From Parcubacteria group bacterium (GTDB lineage: Bacteria > Patescibacteriota > Microgenomatia > UBA1400 > PJMF01), in NCBI GenBank assembly GCA_943350175.1, contig CALQZX010000001.1:97702-161701 (forward strand): a stretch of 64,000 bases of DNA. The letters are read 5' to 3'. The position numbers and the translations under genes are program-made. Positions 37,702 through 46,825 of this stretch are shown here, piece after piece. The notes under the pieces are model-generated. The model searched no databases. It was not told the DNA's origin and saw only the letters and a list, made by a program, of their open reading frames with translations. Each line of letters begins with the position of its first letter. Within the stretch, counting starts at the first letter, position 1.

Positions 37702-38655
37702 ATGAAAATTCCTAAAATATATCCAATAATAGTCCTAATCATAGTTTTGGCGGTTGGATTTAAAACTGTCGTGTTGCGTAAACCTGATACTCGTCTTTTA
37801 TACACGACCCAAAAGGAAACATTTCTTGAAACTATTCAAGTAAGTGGTATCTACCATAAAACGGCTACGGAAACAGAAAAAGCCACTACCTATGCGACCT
37901 ATCAAAGCGCCCTTAGCACTATTGTGATATCAAGGCAAAATAAGGAAGCGGCAGATGCCACGATGTGGCTGAAAAGACAAGCTGTTTTAGATGCAGAGAA
38001 CGGCGTCGATTACAAAGATGACAACACAACAAATCCTGCTACCAAAGAAGATTACACTGATCTAGAAAAACTAAGCATAGATTCAAAACTTGTTCAGGCA
38101 GAGAAAGATTTTCTCTCATCAGAGACTAAGTATAAAGAGGCAGGTATTTCTATTGCCGCCGCTCAAGCACAAGTGAATCTGTCCAAAATTGCCTATGAAG
38201 ATACCTTGGAAAACGAGCCACTGTTAACCGTATATGTAAATGAAGTTTATGCTCCCAAAGTCTCACTTGGGCAAAAAGTGAATGTCACTTTTGATGCGCT
38301 CAAAGATGTGGTTTTTGCTGGAAAGATCTCCTCCATTGATTCGGTAGGCACTGTTACTGGTGGAGTTACCACTTTTGAAGCGAAAATTGAAATCATTGAT
38401 TTGCCAGCTGAGATCAAACCCAATATGACAGCGATTGCTACCATTGAGTTAATTCGTAAAGAAAATACCATTGCCATACCAATGAGCGCGATAATTTACC
38501 AGGATGGAAAAGCATTTATCCAAAAAGCCAGTAGTGATGATGGAGTTTTGACACCGGTGGAACTTGGAGAAAAGGGATTTGTCAAGGTGGAAGTAATCTC
38601 TGGTTTGGATAGTGGAACAGAAGTGCTGGTCAGACCAAACAGTAAAAGTTTATGA
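37702..38655 (+). CDS. Efflux periplasmic adaptor (MacA/HlyD-like)
   Basis: TM segment, coiled coil, VNE..KVSLGQKV, IKPNMTA, VEVISGL. Confidence 0.85.
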   Translation: MKIPKIYPIIVLIIVLAVGFKTVVLRKPDTRLLYTTQKETFLETIQVSGIYHKTATETEKATTYATYQSALSTIVISRQNKEAADATMWLKRQAVLDAENGVDYKDDNTTNPATKEDYTDLEKLSIDSKLVQAEKDFLSSETKYKEAGISIAAAQAQVNLSKIAYEDTLENEPLLTVYVNEVYAPKVSLGQKVNVTFDALKDVVFAGKISSIDSVGTVTGGVTTFEAKIEIIDLPAEIKPNMTAIATIELIRKENTIAIPMSAIIYQDGKAFIQKASSDDGVLTPVELGEKGFVKVEVISGLDSGTEVLVRPNSKSL

Positions 38656-39926
38656 AAATACAAGTGAGTTTTAACAAACTTAAAAAAGATCTGACAGTAG
38701 GGCAATTTTTAGCAGTTCGCGAACTGAAACGTAATAATCCCTGGTCAACAGCCCTTATTATCTTCGTGATGTCTCTGACATTTTTTAATATGGTGTTAAT
38801 GGGTGGTATTCTCATTGGATTGGCTGACGGAATGATGAACTCATTCAAAACGTATTACTCTTCAGACATTTTAATCAAGCCGATCAGTCAAAATACCTCA
38901 ATATCTCAAGTTAGCATGCTCGACTCCGTTATTAAAAGCTTACCTTCCTACAAGTCTTTATCAAAACGATATACCGTGCCTGCAATTCTAGAGAACGAAG
39001 GTAAGATAAAAATTAAAGATACAGAAATTGGCCAACGAGTAAGTAGTACACTGGTCGGAATTAATCCAAGCGAAGAAGATGCAGTTACTGGATTATCCTC
39101 TCAATTAATTTCTGGGGAATTTTTAAGCGATTACGACACTGATGGGATTATTGTAGGGAAGAGTTTATTATCCGAATACTCCAAAGGTTCTTCCACGGAA
39201 TCACGCCTAGAAGGAGTGGTAATCGGATCTAGATTAAAACTGATGATTGGCAAAACGGAGACAGAGGCTATTGTCAAAGGGATCATTGATACCGGCAATA
39301 GCACCGTGGATAGCCGCATCTTTATACTTGAGAGTACTATGCGCGCACTAACAAATAATCAAAGTCTTGATGTTAACGAAATAGCTGTATTGCTCAATCA
39401 AGGTTCTGATAACAAAGAAGCCAAGGGATATATAGTAGACAATTTCTCTTATAGTACCGACGTTATTGTCGAAACGGCTGAAGAAACCTTGCCAAAGGCC
39501 ATTTCAGATATGAAAAAAACATTTTCAATGCTAGGTAATATTGTGGGTGTAATTTCACTTATTGTCGGAGCAATTACGATTTTTATCGTTATCTTTGTTA
39601 ATGCCATCACCAGGAGAAAATATATCGGCATTATGAAGGGAATTGGAATATCCGCACGCGCCATTGAGATCTCGTATGTCATTCAATCATTATTTTATGC
39701 ACTTTCTGGGATACTATTTTCGAGCCTGATTATTATTTGGTTTCTTGCCCCCTGGTTTGATCTCCACCCTTTACAATTTCCCGTCACCGAAGGGAGATTA
39801 GCGATCACTACAAACGGCCTTATCATTCGCGGCCTTATCTTGACTGTTACAGCCTTCATCTCTGGCTATGTTCCAGCCTGGATGGTGACCAAACAAAATA
39901 CATTAGACGCAATTTTGGGTAGATAA
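38652..39926 (+). CDS. ABC transporter permease (FtsX/MacB-like)
   Basis: Large extracytoplasmic loop, RRKYIGIMKGIG, SGYVPA. Confidence 0.88.
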   Translation: MKIQVSFNKLKKDLTVGQFLAVRELKRNNPWSTALIIFVMSLTFFNMVLMGGILIGLADGMMNSFKTYYSSDILIKPISQNTSISQVSMLDSVIKSLPSYKSLSKRYTVPAILENEGKIKIKDTEIGQRVSSTLVGINPSEEDAVTGLSSQLISGEFLSDYDTDGIIVGKSLLSEYSKGSSTESRLEGVVIGSRLKLMIGKTETEAIVKGIIDTGNSTVDSRIFILESTMRALTNNQSLDVNEIAVLLNQGSDNKEAKGYIVDNFSYSTDVIVETAEETLPKAISDMKKTFSMLGNIVGVISLIVGAITIFIVIFVNAITRRKYIGIMKGIGISARAIEISYVIQSLFYALSGILFSSLIIIWFLAPWFDLHPLQFPVTEGRLAITTNGLIIRGLILTVTAFISGYVPAWMVTKQNTLDAILGR

Positions 39927-39931
39927 AAAAT

Positions 39932-40618
39932 ATGATAAAAGCTAGTAATCTGACAAAGATATTTACAATCGGTGACAATACGCTTACTGCGCTAAAGAAA
40001 ATTAGCTTTTCAGTGCCATCTGGCCAATTCTTAGCCATCACTGGCATGTCTGGATCTGGTAAAAGCACACTTTTATACCAACTGAGCTTATTGGATCATC
40101 CTAATCAGGGCACTATTGAGATTGAAAACGTCAACACATCCCTATTAACAAGTGATGAAAGAATCTCCTTTAGATTGAAAAATTTGGGCTACATCTTTCA
40201 GGACTATGCCATCCTACCTATGCTGACAGCCAAGGAAAATGTCATGATGCCTCTTCTAATGCAAGGAGTTGATGAAAAAATAGCTCAAAAAAAGGCAGAA
40301 GAAGCACTTGAAAAAGTCGACCTTCAAGACAGACTAGACAACCTGCCAAGCCAGCTTTCTGGTGGTCAACAGCAGAGAGTCAGTATTGCACGGTCAATCG
40401 TGCATAATCCAAAAATTCTTTTTGCCGATGAGCCAACCGCCAATTTAGACACAGAGTCATCAGAAAAAGTCTTAGATATTTTCTTGAATCTCCATAAGCA
40501 AGGTCAAACCATTATTATGGTTACTCATGAACCTGAATACGCTAAATTAGCAGAGCGGAACATCGAACTCAGAGATGGATCAATAATAAATGAAATAATC
40601 CAAAAACATAGTAAGTAA
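39932..40618 (+). CDS. ABC transporter ATP-binding protein (LolD/MacB-like)
   Basis: GMSGSGKST, LSGGQQQR, FADEPT, VTHE. Confidence 0.95.
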   Translation: MIKASNLTKIFTIGDNTLTALKKISFSVPSGQFLAITGMSGSGKSTLLYQLSLLDHPNQGTIEIENVNTSLLTSDERISFRLKNLGYIFQDYAILPMLTAKENVMMPLLMQGVDEKIAQKKAEEALEKVDLQDRLDNLPSQLSGGQQQRVSIARSIVHNPKILFADEPTANLDTESSEKVLDIFLNLHKQGQTIIMVTHEPEYAKLAERNIELRDGSIINEIIQKHSK

Positions 40619-40768
40619 GAATATTTTTACTCTTTGTGCGTTGTTTATGAATCTGTATTATTGGCTTTTATCTTTTTGTGACTGGTGCTAGTTTTTTGGT
40701 AAACCGCAGACAAAATATCAAAAAATGATTCTAGTAGCAACTATCTCGATTAGTTGTATAATGCCAAT

Positions 40769-40972
40769 ATGAGTTTAGAAGATCAAAAGCTAGCCAAAAT
40801 CTTTAGAGACGCCAGAGAAGAGTCTGGACTAACCCAGGCTGGCCTAGCTAAGAAGGGTGGCTTTAATGCTAACTATTACGCCAGAGTAGAACGAGGCGAA
40901 GTTACCCCGCGTATAGATATTGTCGAGAAAATCGCCAAAGCCCTCAACATAAGTCTCAGGTTTCCACTCTAG
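40769..40972 (+). CDS. XRE family HTH regulator
   Basis: REESGLTQAGLA, YYARVERG; TATAAT 6 nt before the ATG. Confidence 0.85.
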   Translation: MSLEDQKLAKIFRDAREESGLTQAGLAKKGGFNANYYARVERGEVTPRIDIVEKIAKALNISLRFPL

Positions 40973-41140
40973 GAATAATCGCGACTATTTTTATTAGCCC
41001 TTTTGTATCGTATAATACCCATGGGAACCCTGATGAATGGAGGCGGAAACTAGTTTATTCGGTTTCGCTTTGGACTTCATCATATGCGAGCATTATTTTC
41101 TGAATCCAAGGCAGAAAGTGTTCAAATAAAGATGCATCAG

Positions 41141-41354
41141 GGGCACATTTCTTTTAACATGCCGTTAGGCATGATAAAAGAAATGTTGTTCTATATAAGC
41201 AGCACTTGAACCGTAGGCGCCGGCAGCTAGCTGCCTAGTCCCTAAGTCCAAAATTTAAAATGAAATGGATGAAAGTCGCACATCGAGTCCCTGAAAAGGG
41301 ACGCGAGAAATGCGTCCAGACACGAAGTAGTCTGGGACAGCTCTCCCGGGCACA
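41141..41354 (+). repeat. tRNA-Leu(TAG)-derived module at the distal island end
   Basis: GGGCACA, palindrome 41145-41186, ACTTGAACC (reverse complement of tRNA 35674-35682), hairpins, CTCTCCCGGGCACA. Confidence 0.65.
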
Positions 41355-41417
41355 TTTTTAGATTTAAAATCTAGTAATCAATGGTTGATGCTAAGTAATT
41401 GGCTTGAAAGCCTATTC

Positions 41418-41807
41418 TTACATTTCTTTGATGTCGCTTATTCTGCTCAGCAATAAATAAATTTTGCCATTACTTTTCTGATTGCCATTTTCGTATTTCA
41501 CAGTGGCATCTATTAAATAAGGACCAGCTTCATCAGATCCAAAGATTCCTTGAGCGGCTGTGACATTTTGGCCAGATTGGTATTCAACTGGCTGTAGGTA
41601 GGTTATGGAATATTGCTTGCCAGGAATTAGCTCTTTTCCAGATGCTTTTTCATTAGAGTTTCTAGCTTTGTCGAAATGTGAAAGGATTCTTACTCCTTTT
41701 CCGTGCTTTGCGGGGATGGTGTCGTAAGATCTTGCAACAACATCTCCCACACCAAGATCTTCCGGATGGTAGTCGTCTGATGGTAGCAAAAAAAGAGGTT
41801 CATTCAT
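41418..41807 (-). CDS. Hypothetical protein
   Basis: 129-aa ORF with ATG start. Confidence 0.55.
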   Translation of the reverse strand: MNEPLFLLPSDDYHPEDLGVGDVVARSYDTIPAKHGKGVRILSHFDKARNSNEKASGKELIPGKQYSITYLQPVEYQSGQNVTAAQGIFGSDEAGPYLIDATVKYENGNQKSNGKIYLLLSRISDIKEM

Positions 41808-41840
41808 ATATTTATTTTTTTATTTATTTAGTATTTAGAC

Positions 41841-41925
41841 AAAAAAACCCGTCCTATTTTTTAAAACAAGACGGGTGTTTTGGTCTCAGAACGTAATCCC
41901 GGTGAGGAATAACCTTCTGAGTTAA
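41841..41925 (-). ncRNA. Candidate small RNA or attenuator leader
   Basis: TTGACT-16-(TG)cTATAAT promoter, CTCAGAA/TTCTGAG hairpin, ACCCGTC/GACGGGT terminator with T7. Confidence 0.5.
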
Positions 41926-41987
41926 TAGGTATTATAGCAAATATTATAAGATAGTCAACTCTGGACCAGTTTTTGGATGATTATTGG

Positions 41988-42653
41988 TTACTTATTTTCT
42001 TTAGCAAATTCCATCACGTTCGCATTGTTCTTCATTTCTCTACCCATTTGGCGATCGTCATAACGCATTTCTGCCATCCATTGATTGACAGAACTTGCCC
42101 AAGATCCATTGCTGGAAGGGGTGTATTTGCTTTCAATTTGCTCAACGGTGACCAGGCCTCTGTCGATGTAATAAGCCTTTAGTTCACGACCGGCTCTTTC
42201 GAAGCCATCTTCATAACTGTCAAAATCCAAGGTGCCTGATTTATGAATGCCGAATCCAAGACAATTGTGTGGTGCGTTTGGATTTTGGTTTTTACACAGG
42301 CCAGACTCCTGCATGGCAATGGCTGGCAAAAGTCTAAAATCTATCCCATAACGATCGGCGATTTCAACAATTTTTTTGCCATAAAAGTCATACGGCTTCA
42401 TTGGCGAATTATATCTTTCCAGAAATTTAGCGATGATTTGGCCTCTAGCATCTTCACTTTCAATCACTGTGGTGACGAGTTGAGCTTGTCCCTTGGAATC
42501 CTGCGGACTTTGAATCTTTGGAAGTTTAGCAACTTCAAATTTGGAGGGTGAATTATCTTTGGCAATGAAGTAAAAACTATAGGCAGAGCTACCCAGTAAA
42601 ATAGCTGAGGTGGATAACAAAAACCAACTAAAAACAAAAAAGAATTTTTTCAT
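41988..42653 (-). CDS. Membrane-anchored lysozyme-like/glucosaminidase-like protein
   Basis: IDFRLLPAIAMQES, NCLGFG, FDSYEDG, KYTP. Confidence 0.75.
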   Translation of the reverse strand: MKKFFFVFSWFLLSTSAILLGSSAYSFYFIAKDNSPSKFEVAKLPKIQSPQDSKGQAQLVTTVIESEDARGQIIAKFLERYNSPMKPYDFYGKKIVEIADRYGIDFRLLPAIAMQESGLCKNQNPNAPHNCLGFGIHKSGTLDFDSYEDGFERAGRELKAYYIDRGLVTVEQIESKYTPSSNGSWASSVNQWMAEMRYDDRQMGREMKNNANVMEFAKENK

Positions 42654-42720
42654 CTCTGTTTATTAGTATAACATTAGTAAAGAGCTGGGCCGTTTGATTG
42701 TGTTAAAATGAGCCAAGAAA

Positions 42721-43704
42721 ATGCCCATTATTTTTGCCTTTTTATTATTTGTTTTTAGTGCTTTTTTTGGCGGTGCCAAAGCTCAGGCAATTAACAGTCA
42801 AAAGCTAGGTATTCACATCCTTCACACTGGCGAGTTGGACAAATTTAGGCAAGTTTACCCTGATGAAGAATGGCGCTTCGCGACCATTCCTTTTACTTTG
42901 GATGATCTGGAAAAATATAGCGAGTGGCAAGGATTTTTCGATCACGCTTACAAACTAAAAGTCATTCCCATTTTGCGTTTGACCACGCGTTTTGATCCAA
43001 AAATTAATGCTTGGATTATTCCTAGTCGTAAAAATATTATTGATATGGCCAAGTTTTTATCTAGGCTGGATTGGCATCAAAATGAGAAATTCATCATTGT
43101 TTTTAACGAAGTGAATCATGCTGCTGAATGGGGTGGCAAGATCGATCCTCTGCTCTATGGTAGTATTTTGAAATTTACTAGCGATTGGTTTCATAGCGAA
43201 AATTATAATTATCGAATTTTGCCGGCAGCCATGGATTTGGCTGCCAATAGTAGTGGCGAGACGAGGGAGGCTTTTGGCTATTTGCAAAGTCTCTATGATT
43301 TTGACAACCAAATTTTTGACAGCATTGATTATTGGAATTCTCATTCCTATCCAAATCCAGATTTTGCGGCTTCGCCAAAGAAAGTTGGTCAGAATTCCAT
43401 GCGCGGATTTCTCTACGAACTGAACTGGCTGAAAAGCAAAACAGGTAAAGATTTCGAAGTTCTTATTACTGAAACTGGTTGGGCTTCTTCTTATCTCACC
43501 AACTACTATCTAGATGATTACTATTTGTATGCATTAAATTATATTTGGAGCGATTCAAGGGTTAGAGCAGTGACGCCTTTTATTATGAAAGGCAGTCCCG
43601 GTCCCTTCGCTTCTTTTAGTTTTTTTGACGCCGCTGGCAACCCGACAGTACAACTCTTTTCACTGCAAAAAGCGCTGCGATCTTATGATGCTTTGACCTT
43701 TTAA
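42721..43704 (+). CDS. Secreted glycoside hydrolase, clan GH-A-like
   Basis: Signal peptide, FNEVN acid/base, SHSYP, ITETGW nucleophile. Confidence 0.75.
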   Translation: MPIIFAFLLFVFSAFFGGAKAQAINSQKLGIHILHTGELDKFRQVYPDEEWRFATIPFTLDDLEKYSEWQGFFDHAYKLKVIPILRLTTRFDPKINAWIIPSRKNIIDMAKFLSRLDWHQNEKFIIVFNEVNHAAEWGGKIDPLLYGSILKFTSDWFHSENYNYRILPAAMDLAANSSGETREAFGYLQSLYDFDNQIFDSIDYWNSHSYPNPDFAASPKKVGQNSMRGFLYELNWLKSKTGKDFEVLITETGWASSYLTNYYLDDYYLYALNYIWSDSRVRAVTPFIMKGSPGPFASFSFFDAAGNPTVQLFSLQKALRSYDALTF

Positions 43705-43817
43705 TTAATGTTTTTGGAAGGCTTCAGATGCAACTTTATTTTGAATCAAGTATGGGTTAAACTATGGGGGTTGCTTGGCAGTTGTGAAGTGGCCATCAAA
43801 AAGTTAAAATCAAAAAC

Positions 43818-43888
43818 GCGGGTGTAGTACACCGGTAGTATGTCTCCCTTCCAAGGAGAAGAAGCCAGTCCGATTCTGGTCACCCGCT
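43818..43888 (+). tRNA. tRNA-Gly(TCC), T-loop TCCGATT
   Basis: TCTCC-CTTCCAA-GGAGA anticodon arm; GCGGGTG/CACCCGC acceptor. Confidence 0.92.
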
Positions 43889-43889
43889 C

Positions 43890-43930
43890 AAATAAAAAAA
43901 GAGACCATAATTTGGTCTCTTTTTTTATTT
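43890..43930 (+). terminator. Terminator after tRNA-Gly(TCC)
   Basis: AGAGACCA-taatt-TGGTCTCT followed by a T-run. Confidence 0.85.
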
Positions 43931-44030
43931 GAGACTGGTGGCTACAGATTAGAACTCTTGAGCGAAGTGAAAAAGTCCTGCCGCCAAGTGCGATTAGCAC
44001 CTGGGTAATACCCGTAGGGTGGATTCTGGT
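43930..44030 (+). repeat. tRNA-Gly(TCC)-derived module
   Basis: Inverted degenerate 3' copy 43930-43956; AGTCC[43-nt hairpin insert]GATTCTGGT split T-arm. Confidence 0.7.
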
Positions 44031-44108
44031 GATGAAAAAAGGCAAAGAAAAATCCTCTCTAAACGTAATAAAATGTACATAAAGCTGATCAGAAGTTATA
44101 ATTAAACC

Positions 44109-44576
44109 ATGATCAAAGCAATTGTTAGCGATTTTTCAAGAGTTTTGCTTTTTCCAAAAGATAGAAATTATCTAGCGAGCTTAAATGTTTTACACAAGGA
44201 GTTGTCTCAAAAACCTGACTACAATGCTCTTGACCATTTTGAATTAAATATTGAACTTTTAAATTTTTATAAATCCTTGAAAGATAAGACTCCCATCTAC
44301 ATCTTTACCAGTGACTCCATTCAAGATGCCGTTGAATTTCAACCATATTTACAACCAGTTTTTAAAGATATTCTATCTGCTAAAAAAATGGACACAGATA
44401 AGAAAATCTCCGCAGCCTATAAGCTAGTTGCGACTCATCTCAATTTAAATGTAAATGAAATACTTTACATTGATGACGCTATTGAAAATATTATGGCAGC
44501 AAAAAAAGCTGGCCTAAATACACTTTTATATGAAAATTTTCAAAAGCTAACCAATCAAATGATGGAAATTTTATGA
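44109..44576 (+). CDS. HAD-like hydrolase (minimal cap)
   Basis: KAIVSDF, IFTS, YIDDAIENIMAAKKAG. Confidence 0.75.
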   Translation: MIKAIVSDFSRVLLFPKDRNYLASLNVLHKELSQKPDYNALDHFELNIELLNFYKSLKDKTPIYIFTSDSIQDAVEFQPYLQPVFKDILSAKKMDTDKKISAAYKLVATHLNLNVNEILYIDDAIENIMAAKKAGLNTLLYENFQKLTNQMMEIL

Positions 44577-45025
44577 CCTCATTTCACCACCTCTTCCTCC
44601 TCGCCTTCTCCATCTTCAACTTTCTCATCTTCCTCAAAGGCTTCTACGAATCCAAATACAAAAACAACGCCTTCGGCCTGACTCGCCCACTAGTCTTCAT
44701 TGGCGTTTTCGTCTGGGCCGACGCAGTCATTTTTGGACTATTTTGGGTCATGGCATCTCTAATCACCTACTTCCTCCAAGATTGGTATTTATTTTTGCTA
44801 ATCACCTCAATTTTCTGGGTAGTTAGAAGTCTTGGAGAAGTGATCTATTGGCTCAACCAACAATTCTCCACCCTCAAGCGCAACCCTATTGAAAATCTGC
44901 CTTGGCAATCCATCTTTCACAACGACTCAGTGTGGTTTGTTCACCAGATTATCTGGCAGTGCGTGATGGCGATTTCACTCGTCTTCACCATCTACCTGTC
45001 CCATATGTGGTTACAAACTTTTTAA
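44573..45025 (+). CDS. Hypothetical membrane protein
   Basis: About 4 TM segments; ATGA overlap with the upstream gene. Confidence 0.7.
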   Translation: MTSFHHLFLLAFSIFNFLIFLKGFYESKYKNNAFGLTRPLVFIGVFVWADAVIFGLFWVMASLITYFLQDWYLFLLITSIFWVVRSLGEVIYWLNQQFSTLKRNPIENLPWQSIFHNDSVWFVHQIIWQCVMAISLVFTIYLSHMWLQTF

Positions 45026-45033
45026 ATTTTAAT

Positions 45034-45306
45034 CTAAGGATTAATGTTTATTTGAAAAGAAGTGCCCAAGGCTTTAGCGGCTTTTTTTATGAAAGCCATG
45101 GATGGGAGAGTTTTGGCGTTTTCTACTCTTGAAATGACTGATTGTTTGGTGTGAAGTGCTTCCGCTAGTTTTTTTTGAGATAAACCATTGTTGATTCTTG
45201 CTTCAATGATTGCTCTGGCAACTTGGATCTCTGGTGAAACCTCTTCAAGAGCTTTTTTGAAAATTGGGTTTTTTAGTAGTTGTTTCTTATGTGTTTTCCA
45301 GTTCAT
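45034..45306 (-). CDS. HigA-like XRE antitoxin/regulator (no adjacent toxin)
   Basis: MNWK..KK.LL, ARINNGLSQKKLA..LHTKQSVISRVE. Confidence 0.85.
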   Translation of the reverse strand: MNWKTHKKQLLKNPIFKKALEEVSPEIQVARAIIEARINNGLSQKKLAEALHTKQSVISRVENAKTLPSMAFIKKAAKALGTSFQININP

Positions 45307-45336
45307 ATTAAAATAATATCACATATTTGTTATATT

Positions 45337-46134
45337 TTAAACTGAATTTTTCACGCTCACCACTCCAAAAATCCCCAGCGACACAATCACAATCGCTGCT
45401 CCAGCAGGCAAATCCAGGTAAAAAGCTCCAAAAAGCCCAACTAAAACGGCTAAAACTGCAAATAAAATTGCATAGAAGAAACTTTGTCTAAAACTCTTGG
45501 CAACCTGCATGGCAGTAACGCTTGGAATTACCATCAAAGCTCCAATGAGCAGAATTCCCACCACTCTCATGGCTAAAGAAACGGTGATGGCGGTTAGCGT
45601 CATCAAAATATAACTAATCAATCTAACATTAATTCCACTCAGTCTCGCGCCCTCTTCATCAAATGAAGAAAACAGCAGCTTTTTATAAAGCAAAATGACT
45701 GTGCTAATAGTCACTAAACCAAGAATAAGCATCGGCCAAATCTCGGCACTAGTGACGGTGCTAATGCTGCCAAAAAGATAGCTAAATAAATTAGAATTAA
45801 AGCCGTTGGCTATGCTAATCAAAATAACCGACACGGCCAAGCCTCCAGGCAAAAACATCGCCAAAACTGTATCTCCGGCAATTTTTTGGTTGGAGCGAAT
45901 TTTTTCAATCAGAATAGCGATGACAGTCGTTAAAATAGTAGTCACCAAGATGGGTTGAGTATGAGTCAAAAGGCCAATAGCTACTCCAGCTAAAGCGATG
46001 TGAGACAGCGTGTCGGCAACCATAGAAAAACGACGAATCAATAAAAAATTTCCGATGAGCGGGGCAATTGCAGCCACGATCAAACCAGCGATGAGAGCGC
46101 GAATCATGAAGCTGTATTGAAAAATTTCTAACAT
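45337..46134 (-). CDS. znuB: Zn/Mn ABC transporter permease
   Basis: DTLSHIALAG, YLFGSI, SFDEE.A, VGILLIGALMVIP. Confidence 0.9.
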   Translation of the reverse strand: MLEIFQYSFMIRALIAGLIVAAIAPLIGNFLLIRRFSMVADTLSHIALAGVAIGLLTHTQPILVTTILTTVIAILIEKIRSNQKIAGDTVLAMFLPGGLAVSVILISIANGFNSNLFSYLFGSISTVTSAEIWPMLILGLVTISTVILLYKKLLFSSFDEEGARLSGINVRLISYILMTLTAITVSLAMRVVGILLIGALMVIPSVTAMQVAKSFRQSFFYAILFAVLAVLVGLFGAFYLDLPAGAAIVIVSLGIFGVVSVKNSV

Positions 46135-46135
46135 A

Positions 46136-46822
46136 TTAGTGATGATGGGCGATCAATCTTTGGTTTTTACCATATAATTTTTCGATCAAATCAGTTTCCA
46201 ATAATTCCTGCGGCTGTCCGTGATAAATGAGATTTTTATTGATGCAGGCCACACTCGAAACTTCTTTGGCTACCACGTCTAATTCATGAGAAACCAAGAT
46301 TAGAGTCAGGCCATTTTCTTGGTTCAATTTCTTTAGTAATTTGTAGAAATTATTTTGAGACTGGCTATCAATGCCAACAGTTGGTTCGTCCAAAATTAAT
46401 AATTCTGGATTGTGCAGCAAAGCGCGAGCGATAAAAACTCTTTGTTGTTGCCCTCCAGAGAGCTCATTGAGCAGTCTTTTCTTTTTGCTAGCAATATTGG
46501 TTAGTTCCAAGACTCTTTCAATTTCTTCCTGACTTCCGCCGGCCATGGAAATAACCTCTTCGACAGTAATGGGAAAACCGATGGCATTAAAGCCGGCTTT
46601 TTGAGCGACATAACCAATCTTCTTAGTCATCAACTCTGCCCTGCCACTGGTTGGCTGTAAAAGGCCAAGAATAATTTTAAGCAAAGTGGTTTTGCCGCTG
46701 CCGTTCGGTCCAATTAGGCCAAGAAAATCACCCTCTTTAACTGTCAGAGAAACTTCATGCAAAATAACTTCGCTTTTGTATGAAAAGCTTAGATCAGTGA
46801 TTTTAATAATTTCTTTTTTCAT
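46136..46822 (-). CDS. znuC: Zn/Mn ABC transporter ATPase
   Basis: GPNGSGKT, LSGGQQQR, LDEPT, C-terminal HHH. Confidence 0.9.
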   Translation of the reverse strand: MKKEIIKITDLSFSYKSEVILHEVSLTVKEGDFLGLIGPNGSGKTTLLKIILGLLQPTSGRAELMTKKIGYVAQKAGFNAIGFPITVEEVISMAGGSQEEIERVLELTNIASKKKRLLNELSGGQQQRVFIARALLHNPELLILDEPTVGIDSQSQNNFYKLLKKLNQENGLTLILVSHELDVVAKEVSSVACINKNLIYHGQPQELLETDLIEKLYGKNQRLIAHHH

Positions 46823-46825
46823 TTT

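Larger units (their letters stand above)
35684..41354. mobile_element. Genomic island at the tRNA-Leu(TAG) 3' end, no integrase
   Basis: 14-bp direct repeat CTCTCCCGGGCACA at 35684-35697 and 41341-41354 enclosing accessory genes. Confidence 0.7.

Noticed and set aside
44573-44720. C/T-rich strand-skewed tract
   Set aside because: Explained by Phe/Leu/Ile codons of a membrane protein.
45034-45306. Complete HigBA toxin-antitoxin module
   Set aside because: Only 30 bp separate it from znuB; no toxin ORF is present.
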